A stretch of 64,000 bases of DNA from Eledone cirrhosa (taxonomy: Eukaryota), in assembly GCA_964016885.1 (NCBI GenBank), contig OZ024741.1, forward strand, positions 115,878,001-115,942,000, read 5' to 3'. A program made the position numbers and the translations under genes. The notes beneath the pieces are model-generated. The model saw nothing but the letters and a program-made list of their open reading frames with translations. It had not been told where the DNA came from and did no database searches. Each line of letters begins with the position of its first letter. Position 1 is the first letter of the stretch. Positions 55,901-64,000 of this stretch are shown here, piece after piece.

Positions 55901-57463
55901 TTCAATTCATCTACCACTAAATTTAGGATGTCAACCGAATCTTGTCCTAGCCCGTCAGCATTCATCTCCTCAGTGGCCGTATCTCTGTTCCAGGTATTAT
56001 TTATCTCAGTATTCAGATCATTGTCTGCTTCGGGTGGTTCCTCCGTTCTCAGGACCTCCTCACCATCATTTCCCACCGGCTCGCTTGTCTGGCATACTAC
56101 ACCCGCCATCTCCAAGCCATTCTCTCTGCTCAGTTCCTCCAGTTCCAGCTCGCTTATCCACCCATTAGTTCTTATTACCCGAGCCTTCCCGGCCAATTTT
56201 TGTTCATCTAATTTAAATAAACCAATCTCGTTCCAGATGTTATGCATCCGTCTCCTGTAACCCCTCTCCTTGGGGTTACTTTTCAGGTAGCATTGCATAA
56301 CAGTTCTATTCAATTCTTTCGTCCAGTTGGTTCTGGCCCCTTTCCTTCTTCTTCTTCCTCCAACATCAGCAGTATTTGGTTGACAGTCAGGTTCCTGCTG
56401 CTGAGCCAGGGGGCACCTGTTGGGTGAGAGTCTGTCACATGACGTTCTAGTCTCCATTTCACCGTTATTCGAACTGTTTATGTTCGATATTTAAACACTC
56501 TTATCGAGGATTGGCGAATGTATAGTTACATAGCCATCTGTGGATCCGCCATCCCACTTGGCCCTTGTGTGGCATTATCGCCACGCTGTATACGAACACA
56601 CATAAACAAACAAACACACAGGCAGAAAGGGCCCCAAAAATGAATAAGCATAAGTTTCATTGTAATGTAGTGTTCGAATGTCTGACTTAGTTTTTGTTTT
56701 TTAAGTTTTACTTTTTCCCCCCTCTTCTCTGTCCGTCCGCCTGCTTCTCTCTTCATTCATATTTTCTTTACGTTTTTGGGGTTTCTTTTTTTGTTTTTGT
56801 TTTTCTCTGTTTGTTTTTCTCGTTTTTTGCTGTTGTTGCTGTGTTGCTTTGGTTTTGTTGTTTGTTTTTTCTTTTTTCTTTTGAGTCTATCTATATATTT
56901 TGATGCCTTCCTCTTTGTTAGTAGTAGGAATTCTATAATGTGGGAGTAGCAGCCAGCAGTGAGAAGTGGGAGACTGCGGCGGTAGCGATACTGAGACAGT
57001 GGTGGTGGTGATGTCGATACCGAGGCAGTGGTGGCGGTGATGTGCCCGTATTACTGTAGTGATGGTGCTGTAGCGGTGGCAGTAGTGAAGGAGTCAAGGG
57101 GTGGTGGCGGCGGTGATGGGATAGTGGTGGTAATGATGGCCGTAGTGAGCGGTGGCGGTGAGGTGAAAATGTCGTTATCTGGCTGTTGTGTTTAGTGTAC
57201 ACAGATGATGGGGTGGGTGCTGTATCTAGTTTCTGGTGTTGGTGAGTTTAGCTGTCCTATATAGTGTAGCCAGAGGAGAGGAGGGGGGGTTCTTCTTCTT
57301 CCATTTATAGTCATTTTCTTTTTTGGATATACAGTGTACAATACAAAGTTGAATATTTGAATATTTGAGCCTTATAACAATATATTTTGGGTCCGAATTT
57401 TTTGGGGCTCAAGCCGGGTGCTTTACGTAGCATTTGTACTAAGAGTTGTTATTTCACAAATGG

Positions 57464-57465
<2 letters not shown>
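52991..57465 (-). mobile_element. R4/Dong family A, full-length apparently intact element (A3)
   Basis: Single uninterrupted ORF, ~1 kb 5' leader, ~75-bp 3' UTR, (ATT)n on both sides. Confidence 0.95.
53065..56457 (-). CDS. 1130-aa RLE non-LTR retrotransposon protein (Myb-like N-terminus, RT, CCHC knuckle, PD-(D/E)xK endonuclease), R4/Dong clade
   Basis: NWTKELN..GYRRRMHNIW; KSPGPDG; NYRPITCL; GIFQGDSLSP; LFMDD; EGGRGL; CRICGEREETVAHIVSEC; RHD; RPDLVVVD..VDVACP..EKINRYQDL. Confidence 0.95.
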   Translation of the reverse strand: METRTSCDRLSPNRCPLAQQQEPDCQPNTADVGGRRRRKGARTNWTKELNRTVMQCYLKSNPKERGYRRRMHNIWNEIGLFKLDEQKLAGKARVIRTNGWISELELEELSRENGLEMAGVVCQTSEPVGNDGEEVLRTEEPPEADNDLNTEINNTWNRDTATEEMNADGLGQDSVDILNLVVDELNNDSGRPMNLRFVDRKKLKETTAKVNKVIPYLEARSLHQCNNILKATANTVRKLLGIKARGNNRQERAEPWWKKRLSGQIGEMRNDIGKLESLLNGTLKNIGTKNRLEIKYKTRSKKLNIIIEELKQRIVAKSAKIRRYENRVSQYKQNRMFDNNQKMLFGQLQGKERGNDLIPGAEQTKTFWRGIWEQDVRHNAQAGWIETVQREIGEQARQQTDLSITVETLKGQAKKLTNWKSPGPDGVQGYWIKHLTSLHPKLTAMFNDCLVSGEVPEWLTKGTTVLIMKDRIKGNDATNYRPITCLPVMWKLLTSIVSEEIYHHLHTNNLLPDEQKGCRKRSRGTKDQLLIDKMVMGNCRRRHTDLAMGWIDYRKAFDMVPHSWITKSLEIFRVADNIRQLLGRSMGSWETELTSTGVSLGSVKIKRGIFQGDSLSPLLFVLALMPLTIMLRKVRAGYKLGRGELTINHLLFMDDLKLFGKSEKELDVLVDTVRIFSSDICMQFGIGKCGVIVMKRGRLSRSNGIQIPTGEMIKEIDSEEGYKYLGVLEADGIKNKKMKELLRTEYIRRVRSVLKSHLNSRNAISAVNSRAVSIIRYSAGILRWNVAEQKEMDRKTRKLLTIYNMFHKRSDVDRLYLRRSEGGRGLISIEDCVQMEKNNLYKYLTYSKEPMLRAVLKEGTVGQGISKEEITSRRKSSLKGKSLHSTFFEKTEFRDPQTWNWLRRGDLKKATEGMLMAAQEQALKTKWLKHHIYKEEASPLCRICGEREETVAHIVSECKHLAQTHYKGWRHDVMGRVIHWHLCKVNNLPHSEKWYEHRPEAVMENNQVKVLWDFRIQTDKKLEHNRPDLVVVDKEKRSCLIVDVACPFDTRVQEKEREKINRYQDLKWEVKRIWNCHEVKVIPIVIGALGTISKSFQGWLKKIGPFTLFGTLQKACLLGTARTLRYVLNI

Positions 57466-57535
<70 letters not shown>

Positions 57536-57544
57536 GTTGTTATT

Positions 57545-57760
57545 CCTTGAATCTCAGTCATTGATGTCGGTTAACTGGAAAGTCCGTTGGATTGAATATC
57601 AAGCCACTACCTGCAGCCTCAGATATTCAGGACGTATCGGAGGGTTCTTGCTGTTCAAAGCAAGCATGCCTTTTGAAGCGTTCCAAAAAGCGTGAAGGGG
57701 CCGATTTTCTTTAACCATCCCTGGAAACTTTTGGAGATAGACCCCAGTGCGCCTATGAAA
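57545..57760 (-). mobile_element. R4/Dong family A ~215-bp 3' stub (As1)
   Basis: A 3' UTR and ORF end, truncated at gcgcctatga. Confidence 0.95.
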
Positions 57761-57814
<54 letters not shown>

Positions 57815-59740
57815 TGCATTTATCTTGCTTTATGTTCATACGAGTTATCACCAAGTCACAACCAGTGACCTCAAGAGACAACAAGGTCCGCCATGTTCAA
57901 GAAAGAACATACATATTCACACATGCATCCTTAGTGTTTAGACTTGTGATGTACTTATATTGACAGGATCTTCCTTAGTATATGGGCAGTTCCCAATAGT
58001 ACTATCTTTTGTATTTCTCCTATACGCGGGTTTCCTGGGATTTGCGATAAGTAGTCGTTAGACCCCTTAGGTATCATTCCCAGAGCGCCTACAACCACTG
58101 GTATTGTTTAAGTTCTCAATTTCCACATTTTTCCAATTTCTATCTCCAGGTCCATATACTTGCTCAATTTTTCAAATGTTTTTATAGATACATTCTTGTC
58201 TATTGGAACAGACATATCAATTAGCAGGCATACCCTCCTTTGAAAGTCCTTCAATATTATATCAGGTCTATTTGCATCTATTTTTCGGTCTGTTTGGATG
58301 CTAAAGTTCCACAAGATTGAGATGTGATCTTTTTCAAGTATGGGAGGTGGTTGAGGCTCCCACCAATTCTTTTGATGGGGCAGGTCAAAATGCTTACACA
58401 TTATCCAATGTATGTATTGTGCAGCTCTGTCATGCCTGTTTAGGTATTCGGTTGGAGCTATAGGACTGCACATTGAAATTATATGGTCAATGGTCTCTGG
58501 TTGTTTTTTGCATACACGGCATAATGGGCTGCACCCATTTTTTATTATGTTGGCTTGGTAATTTTTTGTTGGCAGACACTGATCTTGTGCGGATATAATC
58601 AGTCCTTCAGTCTCCGATTTCAGTCCAGAGGATGCCAACCACTGATGGGTTAAAGTTTTGTCAACATCAGGATTGTTAGCTCGCTCTGGGTATTTTCCAT
58701 ATAGAGGCTTTTCTTGCCATTTCTTAGCCAGTTTCTGTAGCAGTTCTTTCTTTGCAGTTACTTTTACCTGCTTTGCTTTTTCTGTGTTTTCCATTTCAGC
58801 AGTAAATGGGACTTCTGAAATTTGTAGTCCATTACTGTATCTTTGTGCATCTTTTGTAATGGAATATGATCTTTTGATGCTTTCGTGTTTCAAAACGAGT
58901 TTGATCATCCAATCATGTGATTCCCTTAGATATGTGGATAATCCAATTGTTGCAGTTTTCAACGCAATGTCTAACTGGATTAACCCACGTCCTCCTTCTT
59001 TCCTAGGGAGATATATTCTATCTATGTCTGCCTTAGGGTGATGCATTCTGTGCATGGTTAAGAATTTTCGGATTTTTGTATCGAGCCTACGGATCTCTGT
59101 GCTTGACCAGTTGATGACATTGTAACTAGGTTACTACTGGTATGGCAAGCGTGTTTATGGCATCGATCCTATTCCTTGCATTCAATTCCGTTCTTAAGAT
59201 TGCTCTGACTCTGCGGTAACATTCCTTCCTTATCCTTTCCCTCATTCTCGAGTGCTTGATTCCGTCTCCTTCACAAACACCTAGATATTTGTAAGTTTTT
59301 TCTTGATCAAGCTCTCTTATCACGTTCCCCCGATCAAGATTAATGTCTGAACTCTTCAGCAGCTTTCCTCTGGTGAACGTTGCTTTGGCGCATTTATCCA
59401 GTCCAAACTCCATTTTAATGTCATCACTGAACTGCTTCACAGTGGATAATAGCCCTTGCAATTGTTCATCATTTTTTGCAAATAGTTTCACGTCATCCAT
59501 GTAGAACAGGTGATTAATGGTTTTGTCATAGACTCTATATCCATGTTTTGTTTCATTGAGCATTTTACTTAATGGTATAAGTGCGATGCAGAATAAAAGC
59601 GGTGATAAAGAGTCACCCTGAAAAATTCCACAATTAATGTTAACTTCTCCAGCTTCCAGTGATTTTGTTTCACTATTCAAAAGGAGTGTCGTTCTCCATG
59701 TCCTCATACTGAATGACAAAAACCTCCTGACAACGGGGGA

Positions 59741-59743
<3 letters not shown>
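57815..59743 (-). mobile_element. R4/Dong family B, 5'-truncated copy (B3) with the same breakpoint as B2
   Basis: ORFs 58108-59055 and 59126-59743; ends cctgacaacgggggatat|(ATT)n. Confidence 0.95.
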
Positions 59744-59790
<47 letters not shown>

Positions 59791-59804
59791 TTATTGTTGT
59801 TATT

Positions 59805-60022
59805 CCTTGAATCTCAGTCATTGGTGTCGGTTAACTGGAAAGTCCGTTGGATTGAATATCAAGCCACTACCTGCAGCCTCAGATATTCAGGACGTATCGG
59901 AGGGTTCTTGCTGTTCCAAGCAAGCATGCCTTTTGAAGCGTTCCAAAAAGCGTGAAGGGGCCGATTTTCTTTAACCATCCCTGGAAACTTTTGGAGATAG
60001 TCCCCAGTGCGCCTATGACAAT
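59805..60022 (-). mobile_element. R4/Dong family A 3' stub (As2) with the same breakpoint as As1
   Basis: Direct comparison with 57545-57760. Confidence 0.95.
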
Positions 60023-60041
60023 TATTATTCTTATTATTATT

Positions 60042-61098
60042 CCTTGAATCTCAGTCATTGATGTTGGTTAACTGGAAAGTCCGTTGGATTGAATATCAAG
60101 CCACTACCTGCGACCTCAGATATTCAGGACGTATCGGAGGGTTCTTGCTGTTCCAAGCAAGCATGCCTTTTGAAGCGTTCCAAAAAGCGTGAAGGGGCCG
60201 ATTTTCTTTAACCATCCCTGGAAACCTTTGGAGATAGTCCCCAGTGCGCCTATGACAATCGGGATCACTTTGACTTCATGGCAGTTCCAAATCCTTTTCA
60301 CCTCCCACTTTAGGTCCTGGTATCGGTTAATTTTCTCCCTCTCCTTCTCTTGCACTCTCGTGTCGAACGGGTAGGCCACATCCACAATCAGGCACGATCT
60401 TTTTTCTTTGTCCACAACCACCAGGTCAGGTCTATTGTGTTCCAGTTTTTTGTCCGTCTGTATCCTAAAATCCCACAGCACCTTCACCTGACTGTTCTCC
60501 ATCACCGCCTCTGGCCTATGCTCATACCATTTCTCAGAATGTGGTAGATTGTTTACTTTGCACAGGTGCCAGTGGATCACCCTGCCCATCACATCGTGTC
60601 TCCAGCCCTTATAGTGGGTCTGGGCTAGGTGTTTACACTCGGACACAATGTGAGCCACAGTCTCCTCTCTCTCTCCACAGATCCTGCACAGTGGGCTAGC
60701 CTCCTCCTTGTAGATATGGTGCTTCAACCACTTCGTTTTGAGGGCCTGCTCCTGCGCAGCCATTAGCATTCCTTCTGTAGCCTTTTTGAGGTCTCCTCTT
60801 CTCAACCAGTTCCATGTCTGTGGATCTCTAAATTCAGTTTTCTCAAAGAAGGTACTATGAAGGGATTTTCCCTTAGGCTGCTCTTCCTCCTTGATGTTAT
60901 TTCCTCCTTGGACATCCCCTGGCCTACTGTCCCCTCCTTCAGTACAGCTCTGAGCATTGGCTCCTTACTATAGGTCACGTATTTGTATAGGTTGTTTTTC
61001 TCCATCTGAACACAGTCCTCTATGCTGATAAGACCTCTTCCACCCTCAGATCTCCTTAGGTAGAGTCTATCGACATCACTCCTCTTGTGGAACATGTT

Positions 61099-61101
<3 letters not shown>
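60042..61101 (-). mobile_element. R4/Dong family A, 5'-truncated copy (A5) with a 1-bp frameshift
   Basis: ORFs 60116-60805 and 60802-61095. Confidence 0.95.
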
Positions 61102-61130
<29 letters not shown>

Positions 61131-61131
<1 letters not shown>

Positions 61132-64000
61132 CTTGAATCTCAGTCATTGATGTTGGTTAACTGGAAAGTCCGTTGGATTGAATATCAAGCCACTACCTGC
61201 AGCCTCAGATATTCAGGACGTATCGGAGGGTTCTTGCTGTTCCAAGCAAGCATGCCTTTTGAAGCGTTCCAAAAAGCGTGAAGGGGCCGATTTTCTTTAA
61301 CCATCCCTGGAAACCTTTGGAGATAGTCCCCAGTGCGCCTATGACAATCGGGATCACTTTGACTTCATGGCAGTTCCAAATCCTTTTCACCTCCCACTTT
61401 AGGTCCTGGTATCGGTTAATTTTCTCCCTCTCCTTCTCTTGCACTCTCGTGTCGAACGGGCAGGCCACATCCACAATCAGGCACGATCTTTTTTCTTTGT
61501 CCACAACCACCAGGTCAGGTCTATTGTGTTCCAGTTTTTTGTCCGTCTGTATCCTAAAATCCCACAGCACCTTCACCTGACTGTTCTCCATCACCGCCTC
61601 TGGCCTATGCTCATACCATTTCTCAGAATGTGGTAGATTGTTTACTTTGCACAGGTGCCAGTGGATCACCCTGCCCATCACATCGTGTCTCCAGCCCTTA
61701 TAGTGGGTCTGGGCTAGGTGTTTACACTCGGACACAATGTGAGCCACAGTCTCCTCTCTCTCTCCACAGATCCTGCACAGTGGGCTAGCCTCCTCCTTGT
61801 AGATATGGTGCTTCAAACACTTCGTTTTGAGGGCCTGCTCCTGCGCAGCCATTAGCATTCCTTCTGTAGCCTTTTTGAGGTCTCCTCTTCTCAACCAGTT
61901 CCATGTTTGTGGATCTCTAAATTCAGTTTTCTCAAAGAAGGTACTATGAAGGGATTTTCCCTTAAGGCTGCTCTTCCTCCTTGATGTTATTTCCTCCTTG
62001 GATATCCCCTGGCCTACTGTCCCCTCCTTCAGTACAGCTCTGAGCATTGGCTCCTTACTATAGGTCAGGTATTTGTATAGGTTGTTTTTCTCCATCTGAA
62101 CACAGTCCTCTATGCTGATAAGACCTCTTCCACCCTCAGATCTCCTTAGGTAGAGTCTATCGACATCACTCCTCTTGTGGAACATGTTGTAGATAGTCAA
62201 TAGCTTCCTAGTCTTCCTATCCATTTCTTTTTGTTCAGCAACATTCCATCTCAGAATTCCCGCACTGTACCTAATAATAGACACAGCTCGGGAATTTACT
62301 GCGCTTATGGCATTTCTGCTGTTCAGATGTGACTTCAATACGCTCCTTACTCTCCGAATGTATTCAGTTCTTAACAATTCCTTCATTTTTTTGTTCTTTA
62401 TGCCATCAGCCTCCAGAACGCCCAAATACTTGTATCCTTCCTCAGAGTCAATTTCCTTTATCATCTCACCTGTTGGTATCTGGATCCCGTTACTTCTGCT
62501 CAACCTACCCCTCTTCATCACAATGACTCCACATTTACCAATACCAAACTGCATACATATATCACTGCTGAAAATACGGACAGTGTCAACAAGCACATCC
62601 AACTCCTTCTCACTTTTCCCGAAGAGCTTAAGATCGTCCATGAAGAGGAGGTGATTGATGGTAAGCTCTCCCCTTCCCAACTTGTATCCTGCTCTCACTT
62701 TTCGCAGCATAATGGTCAAGGGCATCAGGGCAAGGACAAACAACAGAGGGGACAGGCTATCTCCCTGGAAGATACCTCTCTTGATCTTCACGCTTCCCAA
62801 GGATACTCCAGTTGATGTCAACTCTGTCTCCCAGGACCCCATACTCCTGCCCAGCAACTGTCTGATGTTATCTGCCACCCTGAAGATCTCCAGGCTTTTG
62901 GTGATCCAGGAATGAGGCACCATGTCAAATGCCTTTCTGTAGTCTATCCATCCCATGGCAAGATCAGTGTGTCTCCTCCTGCAATTCCCCATTACCATCT
63001 TATCAATAAGCAACTGGTCCTTTGTACCACGTGACTTCTTTCGGCATCCTTTCTGTTCGTCCGGTAACAAGTTGTTTGTGTGGAGGTGATGGCAGATTTC
63101 CTCAGACACAATGCTCGTCAACAGTTTCCACATTACGGGCAGACATGTGATAGGTCTATAGTTGGTAACATCATTACCCTTGATTCGGTCTTTCATTATC
63201 AGAACTGTGGTACCTTTTGTCAACCACTCTGGCACCTCACCCGACACCAAGCAGTCATTGAACATGGCCGTCAGCTTCGGGTGGAGGGATGTTAAATGTT
63301 TAATCCAATACCCCTGCACACCATCTGGGCCTGGTGATTTCCAGTTGGTTAGTTTTTTGGCTTGCCCCTTAAGAGTTTCAACTGTGATACTCAAATCAGT
63401 CTGTTGTTGTGCCTGCTCACCGATCTCCCTCTGTACTGTCTCAATCCACCCTGCCTGGGCATTGTGTCTAACATCCTGCTCCCATATTCCTCTCCAGAAT
63501 GTTTTAGCTTGTTCCGCCCCAGGGATCAAGTCGTTGCCTCTTTCTTTCCCCTCAAGCTGTCCAAACAGCATCTTCTGGTTGTTGTCGAACATGCGGTTCT
63601 GTTTATACTGACTGACTCTGTTCTCGTATCGCCTGATTTTGGCACTCTTTGCTACAATGCGTTGCTTCAATTCCTCTATGATAATATTTAGCTTTTTACT
63701 CCTAGTTTTGTATTTTATTTCCAGTCTATTTTTAGTGCCTATGTTTTTTAGTGTCCCATTCAGTAGTGACTCAAGCTTTCCTATGTCATTTCTCATTTCC
63801 CCGATTTGCCCACTCAGTCGCTTCTTCCACCACGGCTCTGCTCTTTCTTGTCTGTTGTTTCCTCTCGCTTTTATACCAAGTAGTTTCCTCACCGTATTTG
63901 CTGTTGCTTTGAGGATATTGTTGCACTGGTGAAGACTCCTCGCCTCAAGGTATGGGATGACTTTGTTTACCTTAGCTGTTGTTTCTTTTAACTTTTTCCT
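61131..64000 (-). mobile_element. R4/Dong family A copy (A6), frame open, runs off the window end
   Basis: ORF 61205-63892 nearly identical to A3. Confidence 0.95.

Noticed and set aside
56458-56600. HDV-like ribozyme in the A3 5' UTR (TCCTCG motif on the element strand)
   Set aside because: Could not assemble P1-P2-P3-P4 in the required order by eye; unproven
57430-57465. 5.8S rRNA- or spliced-leader-like start (AACTCTTAG) at the A3 5' end
   Set aside because: The match is only ~9 nt and does not extend
53138-63932. Recurrent plus-strand ORFs over the R4/Dong copies
   Set aside because: Antisense shadows of the minus-strand ORF, repeated only because the element is repeated
44051-64000. 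CRISPR-like or telomeric retrotransposon array
   Set aside because: Units are kilobase retrotransposon copies, and the spacers are (ATT)n rather than TTAGGG-type repeats

Overview
Eukaryotic, AT-rich, microsatellite-dense window with no recognisable host-gene exon. The repeat repertoire suggests a mollusc, probably Octopus (inference). It is almost entirely transposon-derived: Penelope-like elements (RT, GIY-YIG, inverted pLTRs), two Tx1/L1 copies, RTE LINEs with a PHD-like finger, a CRE-type RLE fragment, Helitron pieces, MITEs and about ten degenerate copies of one SINE. Two systems stand out. (1) From ~44,050 to the window end lies a ~20 kb head-to-tail array of two divergent R4/Dong-clade RLE retrotransposon families (A and B). 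They are all on the minus strand and separated by (ATT)n. The array includes an intact 1130-aa copy, a readable insertion history, and a ~0.6 kb 5' leader shared by the two otherwise non-alignable families. (2) About ten minimal type I hammerhead ribozyme motifs, including compensatory U3-A8 core variants, lie in pLTRs and in short non-coding cassettes embedded in (TA)n tracts. Most short ORFs in the supplied track are microsatellite or antisense artefacts. All alignments and folds were done by eye and boundaries are approximate.
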